64,000 bases of DNA from an uncultured delta proteobacterium (GTDB lineage: Bacteria; Desulfobacterota; Binatia; DP-6): the NCBI GenBank assembly GCA_963811605.1, contig CAWESA010000013.1:336344-400343 (forward strand), written 5' to 3'. Positions 9,467 to 19,334 of this stretch are shown here, in pieces. How positions within the stretch are numbered: position 1 is the stretch's first letter; each line of letters starts with the position of its first letter. Below the pieces are notes generated by a model. It saw only the letters and a list, made by a program, of their open reading frames with translations. It did no database searches and was not told the origin of the DNA. The position numbers and the translations under genes were made by a program.

Positions 9467-10970
9467 TCACCAGCCGTAGAGCACCGCCATGACGCGCTCG
9501 ATCTGGCGCGCGCGCTTGATCGAGTACGGGAACCAGGTCGGCTCCGTCGCGCGGCGGCGGCCTTCGACGAGGATGGCCTGCCGGACGCAGAACTGGCGCA
9601 GGCCCTCGGCGCCGCCGTGCCGCGTGCCGACGCCGCTCTGCTTGACGCCACCGAAGGGCAGGCCGGGGATGCCGGCCGACACGAGACACTCGTTGACGCA
9701 GGCGTTGCCGCTCTCGATGCGCCGTGCGATCGCGATGCCGCGCTCGACGTCACGCGTCCAGACGCTGGCATTGAGGCCGTACTGGCTGTCGTTGGCGAGT
9801 CGCACCGCTTCGTCGACGTCGTGTACCGCCATCACCGGGACGACCGGTCCGAACGTCTCCTCCCGCATGACGAGCATCGAGTGGTCGACGCCCGCCGAGG
9901 ACGGTCGGCTCGTAGAAGTGTCCCGGGCCCCCGCCGTGACGGCGGCCGCCGCACAGGACGCTCGCGCCGCGTGCCCGCGCGTCCTCGACGTGCCGCTCCA
10001 CGATCTCGATCTGCCGCGGGCTGGTGAAGGCGCCGTAGTCGATCTCGGCGTCGGGCCCGTTCGCCCCGACCCGCAGGGCGCGCATCTGCTCCACCAGCTT
10101 GCGGGTGAACGCCTCGGCGACCGGCGCCTCGACGTAGACGCGCTCGACCGACATGCACACCTGGCCGGTCATCATGCAGCCGCCCCATGCGGCCGCCCGC
10201 GCCGCGCGCTCGAGGTCGGCGTCCGCGAGGACGATCATCGGATCCTTGCCGCCCAGCTCGAGCAGGACAGGCGTGAGGCGGCGACTGGCGCGCTCCATGA
10301 CACGGCGGCCGGTCTCCGGCGATCCGGTCACGCAGATCATGTCGACCTGGTCGACGAGCGCCGCGCCGGTCTCGCCCGCTCCGTGCACCACCTGGAGCAC
10401 GTCGGCCGGCAGCGCACGCTGCATGGCCGCCACGGCGCGCTGCACGCCCAGCGGCGCCAGCTCGGAGGGCTTGATCACCACGGCGTTACCGGCGAGCAGC
10501 GCGGGGATGGCATCCCCGAGCGCGAGGTTGAGGGGAGCATTCCAGGGGCTGATGATGCCGATCACGCCGCGCGGGCGGTACGCCACCAGGGCTCGCTTCC
10601 CGAGCAGGGGGCGTGCGCTCACGCGCTCGCCGGCGAGCCAGCGCGGCGCCCGGCGCGCGAGGTGGCCCAGATCGAGGCAGACGCCCATCAGCTCGCCCAC
10701 CACGTCGAAGCGGGTCTTGCCCGTCTCGCGCTCCAGACGCTCCAGGATCTCCGCGCGGGCGCGTACCAGCTCGCGGCGGGCGCGACGCAGGGCGCGACCG
10801 CGGGCCCGCGCCGGCAGCGCACCCCATGCGGCCTGAGCCGCACGGCCCCGCGCAACGGCGTCGGCCACCGCGCCCGCGTCGGCCACCGGTAGCTCGGCGA
10901 CCACCCCGCCGCGGGCCGGGTCGTGCACCGCCAGCGTCGTGCTCCGCTCGATCGTCAGCCCTTGCGCCAT
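9467..10970 (-). pseudogene. Aldehyde dehydrogenase, +1 frameshift near 9895 (probably assembly error)
   Basis: ISPWN, TGSPETG, LELGGKDP, GQVC in one frame; VDHSMLVMREETFGP..PFGGVKQSG in the next. Confidence 0.88.
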
Positions 10971-10986
10971 GTCGGCATCCGTCCCT

Positions 10987-11412
10987 TCAGAACTGCATCC
11001 GGTACAGCATGTAGTAGACCATCCACCCGCTGGCGGCCACGTAGAGCCAGATGGGCAGGGTGATGCGCGCCAGGCGTCGATGCGCCGCGAAGTCCCGCTT
11101 CACGAGCGCGAGCTGGATCAGGCGGACCGCCAGCGGCCCCACGAGGATGGCGAGGATGACGTGCGGGATCAGATTCGTGAAGTACACCGTGCGCCACACG
11201 CCCGTGCCACCGAACGGCTTCGACCCGTACACGGCCCAGCGAGTGACGTAGACGACGAGGAACCCGCCGGCCAGCGCGGTCGCCAGGAGCATCACGTTGC
11301 GATGCCAGGCGACGCTACGCGGCACGCGGATCAGGTACCACCCGACCAGGAGACACGCGCCGCTGGCGACGATGCAGGTGGTGCTGAGGCGCGTCAGGGC
11401 CTCGAGGGTCAT
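10987..11412 (-). CDS. DUF420 family membrane protein
   Basis: Four TM segments; HRNVM, FLVVY, HVILA, HRRLARITLPIWLYVAASGWMVY. Confidence 0.88.
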   Translation of the reverse strand: MTLEALTRLSTTCIVASGACLLVGWYLIRVPRSVAWHRNVMLLATALAGGFLVVYVTRWAVYGSKPFGGTGVWRTVYFTNLIPHVILAILVGPLAVRLIQLALVKRDFAAHRRLARITLPIWLYVAASGWMVYYMLYRMQF

Positions 11413-11438
11413 CCGGCTGCTTCTTCCACGCGCGGCGC

Positions 11439-11512
11439 AAAAAAAGAACCCCGATGGCCTTCTGCGGCTCGCAGAGCCGCCCCGCCGGTGATTGCGGGGG
11501 CCATCGGGGTTC
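11439..11512 (-). terminator. Rho-independent terminator with branched loop
   Basis: 14-bp perfect stem 11446-11459/11499-11512 followed by U7 (A-tract 11439-11445); two internal hairpins. Confidence 0.85.
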
Positions 11513-11567
11513 GGTGGTGCCTGGGTCCCCTCAAGGGTGACCCAGCGACGTTGCAAGCTGGTCGACC

Positions 11568-11612
11568 CTAAGAGGCCACCACCTCACAGATCACCGTAGG
11601 GGATAACGTCAC
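11568..11612 (-). CDS. Putative 14-aa peptide MTLSPTVICEVVAS
   Basis: GTG directly after AGAAAGGAGGTGATCCA; TAG stop. Confidence 0.5.
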   Translation of the reverse strand: MTLSPTVICEVVAS

Positions 11613-11763
11613 TGGATCACCTCCTTTCTTCCGGCGGTAGCACAAGGCGAGCCCAAACCCCGCCGCCGGAGATCGACCGCCGTTGCCGACCCCCAGCCCC
11701 GACCACCGGCGCATGCCGGCTGTGAAGGCCTGTGTGAGCCCCGGTCGGGAACCCATGCCCGCT

Positions 11764-11792
11764 AGCGTAGCGTCCGAAACGGGGTCTGTAAA
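11764..11792 (-). promoter_or_regulatory. Sigma70-like promoter
   Basis: TTTACA-17 nt-TACGCT on the minus strand. Confidence 0.65.
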
Positions 11793-11806
11793 TGTGTATC
11801 CGCGGG

Positions 11807-12664
11807 TCAGCGGCGGCGGGCGGTCACGAGCCAGGTCGCGGAGGACATGCGGACGCCGTCCGGCGTGTGGTACGGCGCAAGTGCATCGCGCACCGCGGCA
11901 GCGACCGTCTCGCGCTGCGCCGGCGTGGCCTCCCGCATGGCCGCGGCGGCGGGTCCCATCTGCATCATGAAGCCGACTGCCTGATCGAGCGATCCCCTGC
12001 CGCCGACGGTGAGCGTCGCGCGGTGGTCGGCGCATGCGACGTCGGCGAACCCCGCGCGCTCCAGGATCGAGCGCACGCGGTCGGCGTCCGCGAATGCGAA
12101 CGGCCCGGGCGCGTCGGGGCTGGCGGGCAGCGGCAGCGTGACGTGCTGCGCGGCTGCCATCACCGGAACCGCCATCCACGGGTTCTCCGGGAGAGCCCGC
12201 CAGCAGGCGAAGGCGAGCCGTCCCCCGGCGCGGATGGCGCCGTGCAGATTGGTGAAGGCGGCCACCGGATCGGCGAAGAACATCACGCCGAAGCGCGAGA
12301 AGGCGGCGTCGAGGCTTGCCGGCTCGAAGCCGTGCGTCTGGGCATCGGCGCCGACGAAGGTGACGTTGTCCGCGCCCGCCGCACGGGCGCGCTCGCGGGC
12401 GCGTCCCAGCATGGGCGCGGAGATGTCGACGCCCGTGACGCGTCCTCCCGGCCCGACCCGCCGCCCGAGCTCGAGGCTCGTCCGTCCCGTCCCGCATCCG
12501 ACGTCGAGCACGCGCTCGCCGGCCGCGAGCGCGAGCCGATCCATCGCCGCTTCACCGATCGCATGGATCTGCCCGTCGAGCACCTCGTCGAGCGCGACCC
12601 ACTTCGGACCGGCGGTGTCGTTCCAGTAGGTGATCTGCTCCGCGTTCGGACCGGTGGCGTTCAT
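11807..12664 (-). CDS. Class I SAM-dependent methyltransferase
   Basis: VLDVGCGTG, GVDISAPML, SRFGVMFF. Confidence 0.92.
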   Translation of the reverse strand: MNATGPNAEQITYWNDTAGPKWVALDEVLDGQIHAIGEAAMDRLALAAGERVLDVGCGTGRTSLELGRRVGPGGRVTGVDISAPMLGRARERARAAGADNVTFVGADAQTHGFEPASLDAAFSRFGVMFFADPVAAFTNLHGAIRAGGRLAFACWRALPENPWMAVPVMAAAQHVTLPLPASPDAPGPFAFADADRVRSILERAGFADVACADHRATLTVGGRGSLDQAVGFMMQMGPAAAAMREATPAQRETVAAAVRDALAPYHTPDGVRMSSATWLVTARRR

Positions 12665-12802
12665 CGGGATGGGTACCTAGCAGCAACCAGGGTCGCTGAC
12701 GACACCGTCGAGGCGGGCGATCCGTTTGCCCGACGCTGCCGGGTTCGTGATCGCCGCCTGCGCGAGCCGCGCCCGCGCCAATCGGGCTCGGCGCGTGCGC
12801 CG

Positions 12803-15478
12803 TCAGGAGCCGCCCGCCTCGCGCTCGCGCGCGATGTCCTGGATGGCGGGCGCGACCAGCGCCGTCCATCCCGTCTGGTGGTTCGCGCCGCAGCCGCGCC
12901 CGTCGTCGCCGTTGAAGTACTCGTAGAAGAGGACGAGGTCGCGGAAGTGGGGATCGTCGGCGTAGCGCCGGTCGTCGCCGTGCGCGGGTCGCCGGCCCGA
13001 CGCGTCGGGCAGGAAGAGGCTGACCAGCCGGCGGCGTACCTCGTGGGCAGCGGTCTGGAGGTTCACGCGCCGTCCCGAGCCGGTCGGCAGCTCGACCTGG
13101 AGATCGTCGCCGTAGAAGTGGTGATAGCGCTCGAGGGCCTCGACGAGCAGATGGTTCAAGGGGAACCACACCGGACCGCGCCAGTTCGAGTTGCCGCCGA
13201 AGATGCCGAGCGTCGACTCACCCGGCACGTAGGCGACGTCGAGGCGCTGGCCGTCGAGCGAGTAGACGAAGGGCCGACCGGAGTGCACTCGCGACAGGGA
13301 CCGGATGCCGTACGGCGAGAGGAACTCCTGCTCGTCGAGGAGGTAGCGCAGCAGGCGTTCGAGCCGGTCGCGGGCCGGGATGGCGAGCAGCCGGCGCCCG
13401 CCACGCTGCGGCATGCACGCGATCTGGTGAGCCAGGTCGCGCCGGTTCTCGAGGAACCAGCGCATGCGCTTGGAGAAGTCGGGCAGCCCGTCGAGCGTCT
13501 CCTGCTCGAGGATCTCGACCGCGATCAGCGGCACCAGGCCCACCAGCGAGCGGACGCGGAGCGGGACCTCGCGCCCGTCGGCGTGCAGGTGGTCGTAGTA
13601 GAAGCCGTCCTCCTCGTCCCACAGCCCGCCGCCGACCTCGTTCATCGCATCGGCGATGGCGATGTAGTGCTCGAAGAACTTGGACGCCATGTCCTCGTAG
13701 GCGGGCAGCTCGCGGGCCAGCTCGAGCGCCATCGAGAGCAGCGTGCCGCAGTAGAAGGCCATCCAGGCGGTCCCGTCCGCTTGCTCGAGGTAGCCGCCGT
13801 TGGGCAGTGGCCTCGAGCGATCGAAGACGCCGATGTTGTCGAGCCCGAGAAAGCCGCCCCCGAACAGGTTTCGCCCGCTGACGTCCTTGCGGTTCACCCA
13901 CCAGGTGAAGTTGAGGACGCACTTCTGGAAGATGCGCGCCAGGAAGGTGAGGTCGCGTGCGCCCCGCGCGCCCGTCATCTTGTACACGCGCCACGCCGCC
14001 CAGGCGTGCACGGGCGGATTCACGTCGCCGAACGCGAACTCGTAGGCCGGCACCTGGCCGTTCGGGTGCATGTACCACTCACGCAGGAAGAGAACGAGTT
14101 GCTGCTTCGCGAAGTGCGGATCGACGCGCGCGAACGGGATCATGTGGAACGCGAGGTCCCACGCGGCGTACCACGGATACTCCCAGTCGTCGGGGACGGA
14201 GATGACGTCGCGGTTGTAGAGGTGCTCCCAGCCGCTGTTGCGCCCCGCGGGGCGCGACGGGGGAGGCGGCGGCTGTCCCGGATCGCCGGCGAGCCAGGTC
14301 TCGACGTCGTAGTAGTAGAACTGCTTCGTCCACATCAGCCCGGCGCACGCCTGGCGCAGGACCTGCCGCTCGGCATCGGTCGCGCCGGGATGCACCAGGT
14401 CGGCATGGAACTCGTCCGCCTCGGCGAGCCGCTGCGCGAAGGTCGCCTCGAACTCCGGACCGAACGGCGCCGCCGGCGCTTCGGCCTGCGACGAGAAGCG
14501 CAGCCGCAGCACGGCCGAGCCGCCCGGCGGCAGCTCGAGCCGGTAGTGCGCGGCCGCCTTCGTGCCCGTCTCGCCCGGGTCGACGGCTGCATGCTCGCCG
14601 GAAACGAGGTAGCGATGGAAGGCATCCTTCACGTACGGCGAGGGATTGGCGCAGCCGTAGATGCGCGCGAAGTTGGTCTCGTTCTGGGTGAACAGCAGCG
14701 CGACGGGGGGCGTCTCGAGGGTCAGCCGGAACGTGCCGCACGAGGGATGCTCGACCAGCAGCGCGCCGTCGTCCTGCCGGGCGATGCGTCCTCGCGGCCA
14801 GTATCCCTCCTGCCCGACGCGTCCCCATGCCCAGGTGTTGCGCAGCCAGACGGTCGGGAGGAGGTGCAGGACGGCGGGCTCGGGGCCGCGATTGGTCGCG
14901 GTCAGACGGATGAGCAGGTCCTCGGGAGAGGCCTTGGCGTATTCGGCGACGACGTCGAAGTAGCGGCTCCGGTCGAACACGCCGGTGTCGAGCACCTCGA
15001 ACTCCGGATCGTGCCGCGAGCGCCGGCGGTTCTCCTCGACCAGGTGCGCGTAGGGAAAGCCGTCCTGCGGATACTTGTAGAGCGCCTTCAGGTACGACGA
15101 CGTCGGCGTGGCGTCGAGGTAGTAGTAGAGCTCCTTCACGTCCTCGCCGTGGTTGCCCTCCGGCCCCGTCAGGCCGAACAGCCGCTCCTTCAAGATCGGA
15201 TCGCGCCCGTTCCACAGCGCGAGGGCGAAGCAGATGCGGCCCTGGCGGTCGGTGATGCCGAGCAGGCCGTCCTCGCCCCAGCGGTACACGCGGCTGCGCG
15301 CGTGGTCGTGCGGGAAGTAGTCCCAGCACGTTCCGTCGGGCGAGTAGTCCTCGCGCACGGTGCCCCACTGCCGCGCCGACAGGTAGGGGCCCCAGCGCTT
15401 CCAGTTGCGCTCGCGCCGCGCGTCCTCGGCCAGGCGGCGACGCTCCGGAGCGTCGCCCGGCGGCTGGAGGTCGGTCAC
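12803..15478 (-). CDS. MGH1-like glycoside hydrolase (GH63 glucosidase)
   Basis: WGPYLSARQWGTVREDYS, WEYPWYAAWDLAFH, WRGPVW, GANHQTGWT. Confidence 0.92.
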   Translation of the reverse strand: MTDLQPPGDAPERRRLAEDARRERNWKRWGPYLSARQWGTVREDYSPDGTCWDYFPHDHARSRVYRWGEDGLLGITDRQGRICFALALWNGRDPILKERLFGLTGPEGNHGEDVKELYYYLDATPTSSYLKALYKYPQDGFPYAHLVEENRRRSRHDPEFEVLDTGVFDRSRYFDVVAEYAKASPEDLLIRLTATNRGPEPAVLHLLPTVWLRNTWAWGRVGQEGYWPRGRIARQDDGALLVEHPSCGTFRLTLETPPVALLFTQNETNFARIYGCANPSPYVKDAFHRYLVSGEHAAVDPGETGTKAAAHYRLELPPGGSAVLRLRFSSQAEAPAAPFGPEFEATFAQRLAEADEFHADLVHPGATDAERQVLRQACAGLMWTKQFYYYDVETWLAGDPGQPPPPPSRPAGRNSGWEHLYNRDVISVPDDWEYPWYAAWDLAFHMIPFARVDPHFAKQQLVLFLREWYMHPNGQVPAYEFAFGDVNPPVHAWAAWRVYKMTGARGARDLTFLARIFQKCVLNFTWWVNRKDVSGRNLFGGGFLGLDNIGVFDRSRPLPNGGYLEQADGTAWMAFYCGTLLSMALELARELPAYEDMASKFFEHYIAIADAMNEVGGGLWDEEDGFYYDHLHADGREVPLRVRSLVGLVPLIAVEILEQETLDGLPDFSKRMRWFLENRRDLAHQIACMPQRGGRRLLAIPARDRLERLLRYLLDEQEFLSPYGIRSLSRVHSGRPFVYSLDGQRLDVAYVPGESTLGIFGGNSNWRGPVWFPLNHLLVEALERYHHFYGDDLQVELPTGSGRRVNLQTAAHEVRRRLVSLFLPDASGRRPAHGDDRRYADDPHFRDLVLFYEYFNGDDGRGCGANHQTGWTALVAPAIQDIAREREAGGS

Positions 15479-15512
15479 GAGCCCGGCCCCGCCGCGCGCC
15501 TGCGCGCCGGCC

Positions 15513-17339
15513 TCATCCGGCGTGTCCGGCGTCCGACAGACGCCGGTCGAGGTCGAAGGCCGCGCTGATCAGCGCCAGGTGAGTGAAGGCCTGGGGGAAG
15601 TTGCCGAGGTGCTCGGCCTGCGGCCCCAGCTCCTCGCCGTACAGGCCGAGATGGTTGGCGTACCCGAGCATCTTCTCGAAGAAGAAGCGCGCCTTGTGCA
15701 GATCTCCGAGGCGCGACAGGCACTCGACGTACCAGAAGGAGCACATCGAGAAGGTGCCTTCCTCTCCGGTGAGGCCGTCGGAGAATCCGTCGGCGAGCTT
15801 GTAGCGGTAGACCAGGGAGTCGCTCACCAGCTCGCGCGAGATGGCGCGCAAGGTGGAGCTCCAGCGTGGATCGGTGGGCGAGATGAAGCGTACGAGCGGC
15901 ATCAGCAGCGACGCCGCGTCGAGCGTCGACGCACCGGCATACTGCACGAACGCCTTCAGATCCTGGTTCCAGAAGCGCTCGTAGATCTCGCCGTAGATGG
16001 TGTCGCGCACCTCGTGCCAGCGGGCCAGCGGAGCGGGGAAGGAGCGCTTGTTGGCGAGGCGGATGGCGCGATCGATCGCGACCCAGCACATCACGCGCGA
16101 GTAGAGGAACTCCTGACGACCGCCGCGCACCTCCCAGATGCCCTCGTCGGGCTCGCGCCAGTGCGCGCACACCCACTCGATGAGGCGCGCGACGTTCTTC
16201 CATCCGTCGTAGGGGATGGGTGAGCCGTACTTGTCGTACAGGTACACCGAGTCGAGCAGCTCGCCGTAGATGTCGAGCTGGAGGTGCGTGTACGCGGCGT
16301 TGCCGATGCGCACCGGGGTCGAGCCCATGTAGCCCTCGAGGTGGGACAGGACCTCCTCGGACAGCGTGTGACGGCCGTCGATGCCGTACATGATCTGGAG
16401 CGCCCCGTCTGGCTCCAGCTCCTCGCAGCGGGCCATGATCCATTGCATGAACGCCTGCGCCTCCCGGGTGTAGCCGAGGCGCATCAGCCCGTAGAGCGTG
16501 AAGGAGGAGTCGCGGATCCAGGTGTAGCGATAGTCCCAGTTGCGCGTCCCGCCGATCGTCTCGGGCAGGCCGAAGGTGGGCGCGGCGACGATCGAGCCGT
16601 ATCGCCGCGAGGTGAGCAGCTTCAGGGTGAGCGCCGAGCGGTTGACCATCTCGCGCCAGCGACCCCGGTAGGTGCTGCGGTCGATCCAGCGCCGCCAGAA
16701 GTTCACCGTCTGCTTGAACGCCACGCTCTCGTAGTCGGCCTGGAGGCTGGGCGACGGCTCGCCGGGCAGCACCGCCTCGAGCACGAACCACGCCGATTCG
16801 TCGGCCCGCAGGGTGAACTCGGCCACGGCCGCGCCGTCTTCGAGCCGCATCGGCAGCGACGAGCGCAGGCGCAGGGCCAGCTCCCCGTCACCCGACTTGC
16901 CGACGAAGAGCGCCTCGGTCGCGCTGCGCAGCTCCGCGGTGTGCTGGGCGCGGGCGTAGTCGAAGCGCGGCTGGCAGCGCATCTCGAAGCGCACCTCGCC
17001 CCGCACGGTCTTGGCGCGCCGTACCAGGTTGTGCGCCTGGCCGGCGTCCTCCACCGGCATGAAGTCCGACACCTCGACCACGCCCGCGGAGTCGAGGAAC
17101 CGGGTCAGGAGCACGTTGGTATCGGGCAGGTAGAGCTGCTTGCGCGTGGCGCCCTCGAGCACCGGCGCGATCTTGAAGCGCCCGCCGCGGTCGGCGTCCA
17201 GCAGGGCCGCGAATACCGACGGTGAGTCGAACGACGGCGCGCACATGAAGTCGATCGAGCCGTCCATGCTCACCAGCGCGACGGTGTGGAGATCGCCGAT
17301 GATGCCGTACTCGCCGAGCGGCGCGTAGCGCTTCACCAT
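15513..17339 (-). CDS. GH15 glucoamylase/trehalase-like glycoside hydrolase
   Basis: [37 protein letters not shown]. Confidence 0.93.
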   Translation of the reverse strand: MVKRYAPLGEYGIIGDLHTVALVSMDGSIDFMCAPSFDSPSVFAALLDADRGGRFKIAPVLEGATRKQLYLPDTNVLLTRFLDSAGVVEVSDFMPVEDAGQAHNLVRRAKTVRGEVRFEMRCQPRFDYARAQHTAELRSATEALFVGKSGDGELALRLRSSLPMRLEDGAAVAEFTLRADESAWFVLEAVLPGEPSPSLQADYESVAFKQTVNFWRRWIDRSTYRGRWREMVNRSALTLKLLTSRRYGSIVAAPTFGLPETIGGTRNWDYRYTWIRDSSFTLYGLMRLGYTREAQAFMQWIMARCEELEPDGALQIMYGIDGRHTLSEEVLSHLEGYMGSTPVRIGNAAYTHLQLDIYGELLDSVYLYDKYGSPIPYDGWKNVARLIEWVCAHWREPDEGIWEVRGGRQEFLYSRVMCWVAIDRAIRLANKRSFPAPLARWHEVRDTIYGEIYERFWNQDLKAFVQYAGASTLDAASLLMPLVRFISPTDPRWSSTLRAISRELVSDSLVYRYKLADGFSDGLTGEEGTFSMCSFWYVECLSRLGDLHKARFFFEKMLGYANHLGLYGEELGPQAEHLGNFPQAFTHLALISAAFDLDRRLSDAGHAG

Positions 17340-17380
17340 GACCCGAACCCTACCACGACGACGCGGGAGTCAGCAGCCGG

Positions 17381-19285
17381 TCACCCGGCCGCCGTCCGCA
17401 CCTCCGCGTCGGCGGCCAGCATGCGCGCGAGCCGCAGCGCCTCGCCCACCGACCAGGCCTGGAAGGGGCAGCCGCGCGGCGCGTGGGGCGGGTCGCCGTC
17501 GGCGATCTCGGACACGTGTCCGAGGCCGGCGTGATCGAGATGGCCGAGCAGCGGCGTCAGGAAGCGCGCCCGGGCCTCCGCGGCCGTCCCGACCAGCCGC
17601 AGCCACGCCTCGACGAAGGCCCCCAGCAGCCATGGCCAGGCGGTGCCCTGGTGATAAGCACCGTCGCGTTCGACGACGCCGCCCTGGTAGCGTCCGCAGT
17701 AGCCCGGCGCATCGGGCGCCAGCGTGCGCAGACCGAGCGGCGTCCACAGGCGTCGCTCGACCTCGGCCACCACCCGTCGCGCGCGGTCGCCCTCCAGCAC
17801 GGCGAACGGCAGGCCGCCCACCGCGAGGACCTGGTTCGGGCGGAACGTGGCGTCCGCGGCGCCCGGCCGGTGATCGACGTCGACCACGTCGTACAGATGC
17901 CCGCCGGCGTCGTACCAGAAACGCTCGCCGAAGGCGGCCTGGGCGCGCGCGGCCAGCGACGCCCAGCGCGTGTCGAACGAGGAGGCGATGCGCAGGGAGT
18001 TGATCCACAGCGCCTGCACCTCGACCGGCTTGCCGATGCGCGGGGTGACGACGTGGCCGTCCACCTTGGCGTCCATCCACGTGAGCTGCACGCCGGGCTC
18101 ACCGGCGGCGAGTAACCCGTCGGCGTCCATCCGGATCCCGTGCCGCGTGCCGGCGACGTGCCCCTCCAGGATCGCCGCGACCGCGGCGCGGAGCGTGCGC
18201 CCGTCGTCGGCGCCGAGCCGCGGCACATGCTGGAGCAGCTCGTGCACCGCGACGACGAACCACAGCGACGCGTCCACGCTGTTGAACTCGGGCTCGGCGC
18301 CGCGATCGGGGAACCGGTTCGGCAGCATGCCCTCCGACACGGCCCCGGCCCAGGCGATCAGGATGGCGCGGGCGTCGCCGAGCCGGTCGCCGGCGAGACA
18401 GAGCCCGCGCAGCGCGATGAACGTGTCGCGCCCCCAGTCGGTGAACCAGGGATAGCCGGCGACGATCGTCTTCCCGCCGCCGCGTCGCACGACGTAGGAG
18501 TCGGCCGCGCGATGCAGGCGCGACGGGAACGCGGAGCGCCGCGACCGCTCGGCGGCGCGCAGCGCCGCCACGTCGACGCGATCGGCCGGCGAAGACGTGA
18601 GAACGAGCCTCGCCTCGCCGGCGCCCAGGTCGAAGTGGAAGATCCCCGGCGAGGCCAGATCCTCGACGCAGTCGAGCCCCCGCGCTCGCTCCTCCGTGTA
18701 GAGGAACTGCCGGTACCACTCCGGTGCGTGCTCGTAGGCGGCGTCGGTCTGCGCGTCGATCGCAGGCAGGCCGCCGTAGGGGTGCCAGGTGACTCGCCCG
18801 GGCGAGACGGCGGCATCGAAGCGGAAGGCCGGGTTCTCGTGATGCAGCCCATGGTAGTCGCGGCCCGAGAGCAGGGGGCGGACGCGTAGCCGGAGGCCGC
18901 GGGCGGGATCGAGCAGGCGCCATGACAGCGCGGCCGCGGGTCCGCCGGGCCGCACCACGAGCTCCTGCACGATGCGCGTGCCGTCGGGAAGGACGAACGT
19001 CCACGACGGCCACGGGTCGTCGGTGAAGCCGGTGAGACGCGTCGCACCATCGGGATAGACGACCTCCGGCACGTAGCACTGCGACGACAGCGCGACGCTG
19101 CCTGCCGGCGTGTCGACCCACGTCTCGAGGCCGTTCACCAGCACCACGCGACCGGCCGGCGGCTCGGTCGCGACCAGCAGCAGGGCGTGGTAGCGGCGCG
19201 TGCGGATCCCGTCGACGGTGCCGGACGCGAAGCCGCCGAGACCGTCGGCTTCGAGCCACTCGGCGGTGCGGTCGGGGAGCGCCAT
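17381..19285 (-). CDS. Amylo-alpha-1,6-glucosidase (glycogen debranching enzyme)
   Basis: EWLEADGLGGFASGT, AGYPWFTDWGRD, TWMDAK, YHQGTAWPW, QAWSVGE. Confidence 0.93.
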   Translation of the reverse strand: MALPDRTAEWLEADGLGGFASGTVDGIRTRRYHALLLVATEPPAGRVVLVNGLETWVDTPAGSVALSSQCYVPEVVYPDGATRLTGFTDDPWPSWTFVLPDGTRIVQELVVRPGGPAAALSWRLLDPARGLRLRVRPLLSGRDYHGLHHENPAFRFDAAVSPGRVTWHPYGGLPAIDAQTDAAYEHAPEWYRQFLYTEERARGLDCVEDLASPGIFHFDLGAGEARLVLTSSPADRVDVAALRAAERSRRSAFPSRLHRAADSYVVRRGGGKTIVAGYPWFTDWGRDTFIALRGLCLAGDRLGDARAILIAWAGAVSEGMLPNRFPDRGAEPEFNSVDASLWFVVAVHELLQHVPRLGADDGRTLRAAVAAILEGHVAGTRHGIRMDADGLLAAGEPGVQLTWMDAKVDGHVVTPRIGKPVEVQALWINSLRIASSFDTRWASLAARAQAAFGERFWYDAGGHLYDVVDVDHRPGAADATFRPNQVLAVGGLPFAVLEGDRARRVVAEVERRLWTPLGLRTLAPDAPGYCGRYQGGVVERDGAYHQGTAWPWLLGAFVEAWLRLVGTAAEARARFLTPLLGHLDHAGLGHVSEIADGDPPHAPRGCPFQAWSVGEALRLARMLAADAEVRTAAG

Positions 19286-19334
19286 GGGTCGCAGGCTCTG
19301 ATGCCATCGCCGCGACGGCGTTACGAGGGCGGCG

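Larger units (their letters stand above)
11439..11757 (-). ncRNA. Putative ~320-nt structured RNA / leader with extended SD and short ORF
   Basis: Promoter upstream, multiple stems, AGAAAGGAGGTGATCCAG, terminator. Confidence 0.65.

Noticed and set aside
11612-11629. 16S rRNA gene fragment
   Set aside because: Only the terminal 18 nt match. Flanks are not rRNA or ITS, and the promoter and terminator point to the opposite strand.
11792-15568. 1258-aa plus-strand ORF (also 20126-24910 and 42284-46852)
   Set aside because: Shadow ORFs of real genes in high-GC DNA; no motifs.
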